From positions 1 through 58,326 of the IMG/VR virus record IMGVR_UViG_3300020042_010505: a stretch of DNA of 58,326 nt, one strand, 5' to 3'. Both the position numbers and the translations under genes were made by a program. This stretch comes from a virus. Taxonomy: Duplodnaviria > Caudoviricetes. Each line of letters starts with the position of its first letter. Position 1 is the stretch's first letter. A model generated the notes under the pieces. That model did no database searches. It saw only the letters and a program-made list of their open reading frames with translations, and had not been told where the DNA came from. Positions 47,320 to 56,270 of the stretch are shown piece by piece.

Positions 47320-47925
47320 ATGACACCAACAATCATAGCAGCGTTTATCTCAGGAGTATTAGGACCAATACTTTTATTACTAGTTAAGTATTACTATGAA
47401 AAAAGTAAAACAAAACCAGATATGGTAACTGAAACATTAGAAGTTAGTGAACGAGTTATGCATAAGTTAGACCAAATCAAAGAAGATTTTAATGCAGACC
47501 GTGTTTGGGTAACTCAATTTCATAATGGAGGTCATTTTTATCCAACCGGAAAATCAATTGCAAAATTTAGTGTAGTATACGAAACTGTAAACATTGGAGT
47601 AGGATCTATACAATCTAACTTCCAAAATATCCCAGTAAGTCTTTTTAGCAAATCAACAAACGAATTATTAGATAACGATATAATTTCAATTGTAGATTAT
47701 AAAGATCCTACAATAGAGACTTATGGCCTTAAATATGTTGCCGAAGAATCTAACTGCAAATCCGGATATTTATTTTCAATTAAAACTATTGAGGATAAGT
47801 TTATTGGATGTTTAGGAATTGATTACACAAAACGCAAAACTAAACTTGATTTAGAATCAATAACACAATTATCTATCGATGCTGCTATAATAGGAGGAGT
47901 CCTTAATAATCATTTACAAAAGTAA
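47320..47925 (+). CDS. Single-TM GAF-domain protein (architecture like T4 holin T)
   Basis: N-terminal TM; ADRVWVTQFHNG; FIGCLGIDY. Confidence 0.75.
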   Translation: MTPTIIAAFISGVLGPILLLLVKYYYEKSKTKPDMVTETLEVSERVMHKLDQIKEDFNADRVWVTQFHNGGHFYPTGKSIAKFSVVYETVNIGVGSIQSNFQNIPVSLFSKSTNELLDNDIISIVDYKDPTIETYGLKYVAEESNCKSGYLFSIKTIEDKFIGCLGIDYTKRKTKLDLESITQLSIDAAIIGGVLNNHLQK

Positions 47926-47949
47926 TAATAAATTAAATATAATTTAAAA

Positions 47950-50900
47950 ATGAAAGACATACAGAAAATTAAAGAATTCTTTTCTAAACCTATGAACGAA
48001 GGTAATAAAGAATATTTTAAACCATTAATCCGTAAGAATAAATCCAATCCTAACTTTTTATATGTTGATATTTTATATCCTGTAGGCACAGGTTTTACAA
48101 CCGCTTTAGGTTCTAAAACTATGTTGGGTCAAGATAAAGAAGAAGGTGCTGCTAAAGCATTAGCAATGGGTAATGCTGTTGCTAAAAAATTAAAAGTAAA
48201 ATACGATCTTGAAGATATTGATGTAAGTGATTTAGAAAATGGTAAAGTAGAAGTATTTGCTGTATCTGATGATTTTATTAAGATAGATTCTCCTTCATTA
48301 GATGAAGCTAAAATTTCACATATTGTTGGAGGTATTCCTTATAAACGTACTCGTAAACCAAAGGAAGATAAGATTGAAATTTTTCAAAAATTAGACGAAC
48401 CTACTAAAATTAAATTAATAAAAAAATTCAAAGAAAAAAATTGGGAAGTTAATCCAAATGAAAAAGGAGGTCTTACTGCTACGAAAAAATTAATGTCACT
48501 ACCTGAAGAAATAGATATTAATGATCCAATGCTTATAAAATTTAGAGCAGCAAAATATGATAGAGAAAAATTAAATTCTCAACCACAATCTACCCCTCTA
48601 AAACCAACAAAAACAATCAACCCAGACTATAAAGCAATTAAAAATGCTTCAAAAATCGATTTTCTTCAAAAAGAAAAAGATCAATTACTAAGAGACATGG
48701 AGCAAGAAGCAGAACCAGAAGGTGGCCCTATTGCTGATAGATATGGGCGTGAATTAAATAAAATTGATCAAGCAATTTCTAAATTATCAGGTCAAGGAGA
48801 TTCCGAAACCAATGTGTATATGTCTAAAGATGAGATCGAAAGACGAGCAGCGATGATGAAGGAAGGTGAAGATTTTTCGTTTGAAAATATTAAAGTTGGT
48901 ACTGTTTTAAATTTAAAAGATGGTGAAACCTGGAAAGTTGTTAAACTTACAAGTAATGGAGGAGTTTTAGCAGCACCTGTTGGAAAAACTAAAGATAGTT
49001 ATGTATCTATAGCAATTGAATTTCCAATTAATATATTAAAAAGAGAAGTAGCTTCTTTAAATGAATCTAAATCAAATCCTGAAATAGATAAACTTTTAAA
49101 AGTTATGAATGATAAAAAAGCAGGACCAGAATATAAAAAAGCATTAATAGATTTAATAGCAATGGCTGAGAAAAAATCAGGTAAAACTATTCAAACTAAA
49201 AAAGAAGCATTACTTGCTTTAGATTATGTTGAACCATTAATGAATGAAGCAAATGGATTTAAATCAGGTAAAGAATTTATTAATATAAAATTACAAAAAT
49301 ACCCAAAAGCTATAGCTAAAGTTAACCAATTAATTAATATGATTGGTGAATCAAAGTTTACAATAGAAATGGCTAATTGGATTTTTGATTTCTTTAATAA
49401 TGCTTCATATGAAAGTCCAATAAATGAATCTAAATCTATTTCTGACTATAAAGTTGGTGATATCCTTAAATTTAAGGATGGTGAAGATTGGAAAGTAATG
49501 AAGGTAAAAGACAATGTTAATAAACTTGTTATTAAACCTTACAACGAAAAAGCTAAAAAAGGAAACGTTAGTTTAGAAATTGATGTTGATTTAGATTACC
49601 TTAAAAATAATTTAAATGAAGCTGAAGCTCAAGAACAATCATTGTATAAAAATTGGGATCAATTTGAAAAACCTAGTAAAATTAAAGTTTATTTAAATAG
49701 TGGTAAAACATTAGAAATTAGTCCTTTAAAATTAAAAGGAGGAAAAAGAGTTTATGATGCAATTTTACAAGCATTTATAGATGATAGATTTGATATTACA
49801 AATAAAGTAATACAAGGAATGACCAATAACTTGTCTGAAGATAAAGAAAAAAACAAACTATACTATAAAAATATTGCTTTTTTAGATAAAAAAGGGTTAA
49901 CTAATAACCGATTTTCTGATAAAGATATACAAATAGCTAATAAAATGTTGTCTCAAGGACAATTTAAATTAGATGAAGCTAAAGAAGAAGATAAAGTAGA
50001 TACAATTACAATGGATATTCCTTTATTTCTTCGTATGTTAGAATATTCAAGAGAAGATGCCTCTCAAGACATGGATTTACATGATGTTACCGAAAAAGCA
50101 AATAAATTAGGTAAAGAAAGAGGTATTTTATCTATGGAAGACTATGAAGAAATTGTAGGTGCTGCTGAAGAAATTAAAGAAAATAATGGTATTAATTACT
50201 CTAAACTAATTGATTTAATCAAATCAGCGGATAATCCAAAAAACCAACCCATCTATTACAACTCAGATCAAGGAGTAATTAATGTTGGGGGTGTGGGATA
50301 TGATAAAGGAAATTTAATTAAAGTATTCAATTCCGAACCAGGACAATCTTTAGATATAAAAACTTTATTTTATAAAGCTAACCAATCCCCCGAAGAAACT
50401 AAAAATGCTATTGAATCTATGGATCCTAGTATTAAAGTTGAAATTGGATATGGTTATGGAAATGAACCTTTTGTTAAATACATTAAATCAATTAACGAAG
50501 CAGAATTAACCGAAGCAAATGTTCCTTCAAACATTAGGGATTTTGCTAAAAGAAAAGGTGTTTCTTCTTTAGTAAATAAAGTAGCAGGTTGGGCTGAAAA
50601 AGTAGGTGCTCGTATTGCTGGTGGAACTGCTGTTGGAATGAATTATGCTACCCTAGTATTAGATTTAGATTATAAACAACAAGGTGAAATTCGTATTAAC
50701 ACAGATAATGAAACAATCAAATTATATGATGAACCCGTTGATAATTTTAATGCTTTTCAACGTGTATATGTTGATTATAAAGATTTAGATGAAAATGTTG
50801 CTCCTAATCATAATGGAAAATCATCACCTTATGGATCAGGATATAAACCATTAGAGGAAAAAATTGCTAAAGCATTAGATAAAATTAATGAAGAACTTTG

Positions 50901-51024
50901 TCCTGCAGGTAAAGCATATATTAAAAGAAGACAAGCAGCAGGTGAAAAATCATCAGCCTATCTTTCAGGTCGCGCCGTTAAAGTATGTAAGGGACAAATG
51001 TCAGGTAAGAAAAAGAAAAAATAA
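47950..51024 (+). CDS. Modular polyprotein, putative capsid-internal cargo
   Basis: About 13 small modules delimited by [LIM]-x-E. Confidence 0.85.
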   Translation: MKDIQKIKEFFSKPMNEGNKEYFKPLIRKNKSNPNFLYVDILYPVGTGFTTALGSKTMLGQDKEEGAAKALAMGNAVAKKLKVKYDLEDIDVSDLENGKVEVFAVSDDFIKIDSPSLDEAKISHIVGGIPYKRTRKPKEDKIEIFQKLDEPTKIKLIKKFKEKNWEVNPNEKGGLTATKKLMSLPEEIDINDPMLIKFRAAKYDREKLNSQPQSTPLKPTKTINPDYKAIKNASKIDFLQKEKDQLLRDMEQEAEPEGGPIADRYGRELNKIDQAISKLSGQGDSETNVYMSKDEIERRAAMMKEGEDFSFENIKVGTVLNLKDGETWKVVKLTSNGGVLAAPVGKTKDSYVSIAIEFPINILKREVASLNESKSNPEIDKLLKVMNDKKAGPEYKKALIDLIAMAEKKSGKTIQTKKEALLALDYVEPLMNEANGFKSGKEFINIKLQKYPKAIAKVNQLINMIGESKFTIEMANWIFDFFNNASYESPINESKSISDYKVGDILKFKDGEDWKVMKVKDNVNKLVIKPYNEKAKKGNVSLEIDVDLDYLKNNLNEAEAQEQSLYKNWDQFEKPSKIKVYLNSGKTLEISPLKLKGGKRVYDAILQAFIDDRFDITNKVIQGMTNNLSEDKEKNKLYYKNIAFLDKKGLTNNRFSDKDIQIANKMLSQGQFKLDEAKEEDKVDTITMDIPLFLRMLEYSREDASQDMDLHDVTEKANKLGKERGILSMEDYEEIVGAAEEIKENNGINYSKLIDLIKSADNPKNQPIYYNSDQGVINVGGVGYDKGNLIKVFNSEPGQSLDIKTLFYKANQSPEETKNAIESMDPSIKVEIGYGYGNEPFVKYIKSINEAELTEANVPSNIRDFAKRKGVSSLVNKVAGWAEKVGARIAGGTAVGMNYATLVLDLDYKQQGEIRINTDNETIKLYDEPVDNFNAFQRVYVDYKDLDENVAPNHNGKSSPYGSGYKPLEEKIAKALDKINEELCPAGKAYIKRRQAAGEKSSAYLSGRAVKVCKGQMSGKKKKK

Positions 51025-51314
51025 TGGATAGTAATCGTTTACAAGAATTAGTATCTGAATCATTACGCGATTGGTTTAAAAAAGAAGACTGGGTGCGTAT
51101 TGATACTCAAGGTAATATTACTGGCCCTTGTGGAACGATGAAAAAAGGGGATGCTACAACTCGTTGCTTACCTCGTAAAAAAGCTCAATCATTATCTAAA
51201 GCTGAACGTGCTAAAACTTCACGTAAAAAAGCATCGGCTTCTCGTAAAGGAAAACAATTTGTATCAAATACAAAAAAAGCAAAATACAAAAAAGGTACAT
51301 ATAATAAAAATTAA
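51024..51314 (+). CDS. Small basic Cys-containing protein with leader
   Basis: MDSNRLQELVSE then SLRDWFKKEDWVRI...CG...RCLP. Confidence 0.85.
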   Translation: MDSNRLQELVSESLRDWFKKEDWVRIDTQGNITGPCGTMKKGDATTRCLPRKKAQSLSKAERAKTSRKKASASRKGKQFVSNTKKAKYKKGTYNKN

Positions 51315-51315
51315 T

Positions 51316-51324
51316 ATATTTATA
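51316..51324 (+). promoter_or_regulatory. Putative late promoter motif ATATTTATA
   Basis: In the 26-nt gap before 51341. Confidence 0.55.
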
Positions 51325-51340
51325 ATCATATATTTAAAAA

Positions 51341-53197
51341 ATGACAAAATTTAACCTTAAAAAAGCTATATTAGAAAATAAAGCTACATTCTTTAGTTCA
51401 TTAACCGAGGGTCAATTCTCTTGGATTACTCAAGATACAAACCAACAAATTGGATCGGAAAATGAAAATACTCTTCCTTTTGTTTATATGTTTGATAACA
51501 AAGGCATGAAATGGTTAGAAAAAAATTATGAAGGATATGGTGTATTCGGTAATAAAGATTACTACGAATTATTAGACCAAATGAATGGTGGAACAGGTGA
51601 TAGAAGTCGAGGCATTAATTTAGCTTTTGATAAAGAATCCACAGAGTCAGGTGAAGTATTATATCCGGCTTTAGTAGTTAATCCAAATTTTAATTGGAAA
51701 TCTCATGATTTTACTGAAGAACCTGAAAATGATCCTAATCAATCTTGGTATCAAGAACCTGAAGAAGAGGATTATAATCTTGATGATGATGAAGATGATT
51801 TTGCTGAATATTTGCAAGAAGCTTCTGCTGATTCTACACCTTATGGAAACTATATTAATAAAGCACGAGCAAAATCACATTTAACTAAAAAAGATGGAGA
51901 TGTATATGGTATTGATAAATCTGGTAAAGGACATAAAATAACGGATGCTGCGGATTTAGATAAGTATACTAAATTTACAATTAAGTCTAAAGAATTAAAT
52001 GAAGGAAAAATGTATTACCATGTATTAGAAGATATGGGTTATGGTGAAATAGGACATGAAGGTGTTTATGACACTGAAGAAGAAGCTCAAGATAGAGCGA
52101 ATAATTTATCTAGAACCTACCCCGATTCATCCTTTTATGTTGAACCTTCAACTAGCGAAGAGGAGCCATATAATGTTACTTCCTCAGATTATGATCCTAA
52201 TCTTGATATAGATGAAGGTAAAAAAGAAACACCTATTGACGAAGAAATATTTGGATTTCCAAATGTAGATATAAATTTTCCAACTCTAAAAACAAGATAT
52301 ATTGCTAAAAAATTTGCAGAATATATGTCTAATAAAGAAGGACAAAGATTTACAGTAACTTTAAATTCACCGGATGGTCCTTCATTTGATTTAGATTTAG
52401 ATGGTGAAGAGTATGATGGTGGTAGTTATCTTATTGCAAAAAATGGAGATATTATAAACGTCGCTCTCCGTGAAAGACCAGTATACGGTAACATTTCAAT
52501 GTTGGATGAAACCGAAAAACCAAAAACAAAAATGAAAAAATCAGAATTAAAAGAAAAAATCAAAGAAATGGTTTTATCAGAAATGGAAAAGGATATAAAC
52601 ATTTCCGATGAAACCCCTGAAAATGAAGAAGATTTCTTAGCTGAAGTTGATCGTATTTTAGCTGAAGCAGATAAAGACGAAGAAACAGATACGGAAACAA
52701 CAGATACTGAAACAGCAGACGCAGAAGTTGAAACTCCTGAAGGAACTGAAGATGTTGAAGTAACAGATACAACAACAACTGACCAAGTTGATCCTAACGT
52801 AAAAGCAGTACAAGATGCTTTAACACAAGCTCAAGCAGCTGCTCAAACATTAGGAGATGCTAAATTAACAGATCAAATTGGTAATACAATTACATTCTTT
52901 ACACGTACACACGTAGTTGATAAAGGTGCTGTAGCTGAAGGTGAAGAAATGGAAGAAGGTAAAAAAGAATATTATTCTGGAAAATCGGATAGTGATTTTA
53001 ATGCTGATATCGAAAATCAATATAAAAATTATAAAGCTGGAACCTACGATAAATTAAAAAATAAAGAATATTATGATGATGCTGAATCCGATGATGCTGC
53101 TCATATCAATGCATTAGAAAAAGACATGAAAGATGATAAAGATTCATCTATGAAAATTAAAGAAGTAGTTTTCCCAATGTGGCAACGAATTAAATAA
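51341..53197 (+). CDS. Modular acidic polyprotein, putative capsid-internal cargo
   Basis: MTKFNLKKAILE leader; modules after LTE, LQE, LNE, IDE, LDE, LSE and LAE. Confidence 0.85.
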   Translation: MTKFNLKKAILENKATFFSSLTEGQFSWITQDTNQQIGSENENTLPFVYMFDNKGMKWLEKNYEGYGVFGNKDYYELLDQMNGGTGDRSRGINLAFDKESTESGEVLYPALVVNPNFNWKSHDFTEEPENDPNQSWYQEPEEEDYNLDDDEDDFAEYLQEASADSTPYGNYINKARAKSHLTKKDGDVYGIDKSGKGHKITDAADLDKYTKFTIKSKELNEGKMYYHVLEDMGYGEIGHEGVYDTEEEAQDRANNLSRTYPDSSFYVEPSTSEEEPYNVTSSDYDPNLDIDEGKKETPIDEEIFGFPNVDINFPTLKTRYIAKKFAEYMSNKEGQRFTVTLNSPDGPSFDLDLDGEEYDGGSYLIAKNGDIINVALRERPVYGNISMLDETEKPKTKMKKSELKEKIKEMVLSEMEKDINISDETPENEEDFLAEVDRILAEADKDEETDTETTDTETADAEVETPEGTEDVEVTDTTTTDQVDPNVKAVQDALTQAQAAAQTLGDAKLTDQIGNTITFFTRTHVVDKGAVAEGEEMEEGKKEYYSGKSDSDFNADIENQYKNYKAGTYDKLKNKEYYDDAESDDAAHINALEKDMKDDKDSSMKIKEVVFPMWQRIK

Positions 53198-53218
53198 AAA
53201 TAAATAAATAATAAAAAT

Positions 53219-53389
53219 ATGAACACAACAGAAATTTTAGAAAAAATTGAAGCACTTTACGAATCATTTAAAGCAGAACATGCTGGAAAATCAAAAGCTG
53301 CTCACGGCCGCGCTCGTAAAGCATTAGGTGAAATCAAAAAATTGATTACCGAATATAGAAAAGCGTCAATTAATGAAGATAAAAAATAA
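53219..53389 (+). CDS. Histone H1-like (Hc1-type) nucleoid protein (56 aa, absent from the ORF track)
   Basis: KAAHGRARKALGEIKKLITEYRKAS matches the KAAG.RARK...L.K...EYRK.S motif of Hc1-type proteins. Confidence 0.75.
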   Translation: MNTTEILEKIEALYESFKAEHAGKSKAAHGRARKALGEIKKLITEYRKASINEDKK

Positions 53390-55775
53390 TATAACTGAAA
53401 AAAAACTTACTAAATCAGAATTAGAAGTAAGGGAAAAAGTAATTAAGGATTTAAAAAAAAATAAGTCTTCACTTGTTAAACGCTATGGCAAAGATGCCGA
53501 AGCTGTTATGTATGGACGAGCAACTAATATAGCTAAAAAAATGGCAGAATCAGAAAATAAAAACCGCATTAAAGAACTTGTAAAAAAATCTTTAATGAAA
53601 GAAGATGAAGTAACTCAAGATAAAGATCATAAAATTACCCAAGAGGGTAATCTTTGGGTTCTTGTCTATAAAAATAAAAATAAGACATTTAAACATCATT
53701 TTGGTTCAAAAAAAGAAGCTGAAGAATTTTGGAATAATAACAAAAATTCAGATAATTCTATGAAATTTGAAGAAGGTAAAAAAGAAGATGTTACGGGAGA
53801 TGGTAAAATTGATTCTAAAGATTACTTAGCTAAACGTGATATTGCTATTCAAAAAGCAAAAAGTAAAATGAATGAAGCAGATATGTTTGGTGAATTTGAA
53901 GTTGGAGATATAGTTAAATATAAAGATAAAGATCATGAAGTAACAAGAATAGAACCAGATAGAATTTACATTAGACCTACTGGGACTAGCATGATTGGTA
54001 AGTTAAATCATTTTTGGGTAAAACGAGAAGATTTAAACGAAAAGGCTACTAAAGTAAAACCTAATATGAACGAAGATTTAGATTTAGGTCACGAAGATAA
54101 CGAACCACATATGATTAAAGGTGATTTATATCGTATTGGAAAATATGCTATGGAATTATATGCTATGGCTGAAAAATTAGAAGAAACAGGACAAGAAATT
54201 GATTTCCCATCTTGGTGGCAAGCAATGATTACAGATGCATCTACTAAAATGGTTAAAGCAAAACATTACCTTGATTTTGAATTAAAAGAACCAGCGATTG
54301 ATGCTGTTGTAGGTAAATTAACAGGTAAAAAACCTCCTATGATGGAATCCGCTTATGATTATGTTAAAACCCCTAAAGAATATATCACTTTACAATTATC
54401 AGATTTTTTTAGAGTTCCTAAAACTAATTTAATGTCTTTTAATTTAGATGGTACGGATGATATTGAAGCTTTAACACAAGCCTTAAATTCAACATCTACA
54501 CAAGGTACAGAAAGGTATTTAAAATCATCAATAAAATCTGCTCAAGATCATTTTAATGTAACTGAAGGTTTTTTAGATAGAATGAAAGCTAGTGTAAAAG
54601 GAGCTGTTGCTGGTGTTGGTCAAGCTGCTAAAAATATAGGATCTGCTGTTAAAGGAGATTCATCTCAGTTTAAGAGTGTATCTAATACAGCTAATATGGC
54701 TAAATTAGGTCAAAAAGTAAAAACTTTTGGAAAAGAAATTGATGATGTTATTAATGATATTAATAAATTATTTCCTAAGGAAAAACTTGATAAAGACCCA
54801 GAATTAAAGGGAAAAATTGAAAAATATCTAGCAACATTAAATCAAACCAAAACCCTAAATACAGCTATTTCCTCCGTAGATGAAAATATGTTTACTGGAA
54901 GAAATAATATGAATAGGGGTTCAAGTTATTCTGATTATTCTTCGGATAGTGATATAAGTATTGATATTTTAGCATCTAAAATTGCTAAAGCTCTTAAAAA
55001 TCCTGAAAATCAAGATGAGGATGATCAAAATAATATTAAGCAAGCTAGAAAAGCTCTAAATCTAGGTGACATAGAAATAGCTGGAAAAATAATTAAACCA
55101 TATATAACTGAAAAAAGAGCTAAACAATTAAAAGAGTATACTGTAAATGATTTTCGATATATTACACCGGGAAGTGGTCGTCCTAAGATTGATCCCGCTT
55201 TATTTGCTAAGCTTATGCCTAAATCTGCTAAGACATGCAAAGAGGCTGAGGCTAGAATAAAGATGTATAATGGCTCTACAATGTTTGTTCATTCGCAGTA
55301 CTTTGTAGTTACACCAAATGGTAATATGCCTAATAAGCCTAAATATGAAATTCACCAATCACAGTACTACAATAACGACTATAATGCACCTGCAAATTTA
55401 AAGGGTCAAGATGTTAATGTTACCTTTTTAACTATATTCGATGTTACAAATGGAGAAGTTGAACTTGGCGTTTGCTATGTAGATACTAAGGTGTTTTTAG
55501 ATGAGTATAAAGTGGTATTTGAATTATTAAAAAGGGTAAGTGAAGATATTAGACAAAACTCCCCAGGAGAACTTGATGGGGAATATGAAGGAAAACCACA
55601 AAAAATACAAGGTGCTGATATATACGATACCTTAAAAGATATCCTTGATATTTCTAATTCAGAAAATGACTTTATAAGAAAAATAACTGATTCACTTACA
55701 GATGAAACTAGTTCTTTATCTAAAAGCACTGAAAAAAAATTAAGAAATTGGTACAAAAAGAACGTTACTAATTAA
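53373..55775 (+). CDS. Modular polyprotein, putative capsid-internal cargo
   Basis: Modules after ITE, MAE, MKE, MNE, LNE, MME, VTE, VDE, LKE and VSE; DVTGDGKIDSKD EF-hand/dockerin-like loop. Confidence 0.85.
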   Translation: MKIKNNITEKKLTKSELEVREKVIKDLKKNKSSLVKRYGKDAEAVMYGRATNIAKKMAESENKNRIKELVKKSLMKEDEVTQDKDHKITQEGNLWVLVYKNKNKTFKHHFGSKKEAEEFWNNNKNSDNSMKFEEGKKEDVTGDGKIDSKDYLAKRDIAIQKAKSKMNEADMFGEFEVGDIVKYKDKDHEVTRIEPDRIYIRPTGTSMIGKLNHFWVKREDLNEKATKVKPNMNEDLDLGHEDNEPHMIKGDLYRIGKYAMELYAMAEKLEETGQEIDFPSWWQAMITDASTKMVKAKHYLDFELKEPAIDAVVGKLTGKKPPMMESAYDYVKTPKEYITLQLSDFFRVPKTNLMSFNLDGTDDIEALTQALNSTSTQGTERYLKSSIKSAQDHFNVTEGFLDRMKASVKGAVAGVGQAAKNIGSAVKGDSSQFKSVSNTANMAKLGQKVKTFGKEIDDVINDINKLFPKEKLDKDPELKGKIEKYLATLNQTKTLNTAISSVDENMFTGRNNMNRGSSYSDYSSDSDISIDILASKIAKALKNPENQDEDDQNNIKQARKALNLGDIEIAGKIIKPYITEKRAKQLKEYTVNDFRYITPGSGRPKIDPALFAKLMPKSAKTCKEAEARIKMYNGSTMFVHSQYFVVTPNGNMPNKPKYEIHQSQYYNNDYNAPANLKGQDVNVTFLTIFDVTNGEVELGVCYVDTKVFLDEYKVVFELLKRVSEDIRQNSPGELDGEYEGKPQKIQGADIYDTLKDILDISNSENDFIRKITDSLTDETSSLSKSTEKKLRNWYKKNVTN

Positions 55776-55783
55776 AAAACAAA

Positions 55784-56269
55784 ATGAAAAAAAGTGAATT
55801 AAGAGATAAAATTAAATCTCTTGTCCAACAAACATACAAATCTAAATCTATTGATTCAAATAATGGAGGAGAGATTACTCTTGATGCTGATAAATTTCCA
55901 GTGTTAGCTAAATTTCCAAAATTAAAAGACATAATTGTTGATTTATTAACTACTCAATATGAGGTCTTTATGAAAGCTATAGAATGGGTTGCACCACGTC
56001 CAACAACATTTAGAATTGTGCTAGGCAATGATGAAGATTTTTTATTAATTTACACAGAAAGAAGTTGGATTGCCCAGATTGAAGGTAAAAAATATTATTT
56101 ATTAAATTTAGGAGAAGAAGAGCAAGCCGCCGAATCTATTTCAAGATTACTTTCATATGGAGCTCCGGCACCTGCGGAAGGTGAAACTCCAGCTGAAGAA
56201 ACAGCTGAAGCTCCTACAGAAACTCCAGAAGAAGCTCCTGCTGAAGAAGAAGAAACAACAACAACATAA
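55784..56269 (+). CDS. Hypothetical protein with an acidic tail
   Basis: MKKSELRDKIKSLV N-terminus; APRPTTFRI motif. Confidence 0.85.
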   Translation: MKKSELRDKIKSLVQQTYKSKSIDSNNGGEITLDADKFPVLAKFPKLKDIIVDLLTTQYEVFMKAIEWVAPRPTTFRIVLGNDEDFLLIYTERSWIAQIEGKKYYLLNLGEEEQAAESISRLLSYGAPAPAEGETPAEETAEAPTETPEEAPAEEEETTTT

Positions 56270-56270
56270 T

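Noticed and set aside
56157-56270. N-terminal 38 aa of the 410-aa ORF
   Set aside because: It overlaps the low-complexity tail of the upstream gene; ATG 56271 directly after that stop is the more plausible start.
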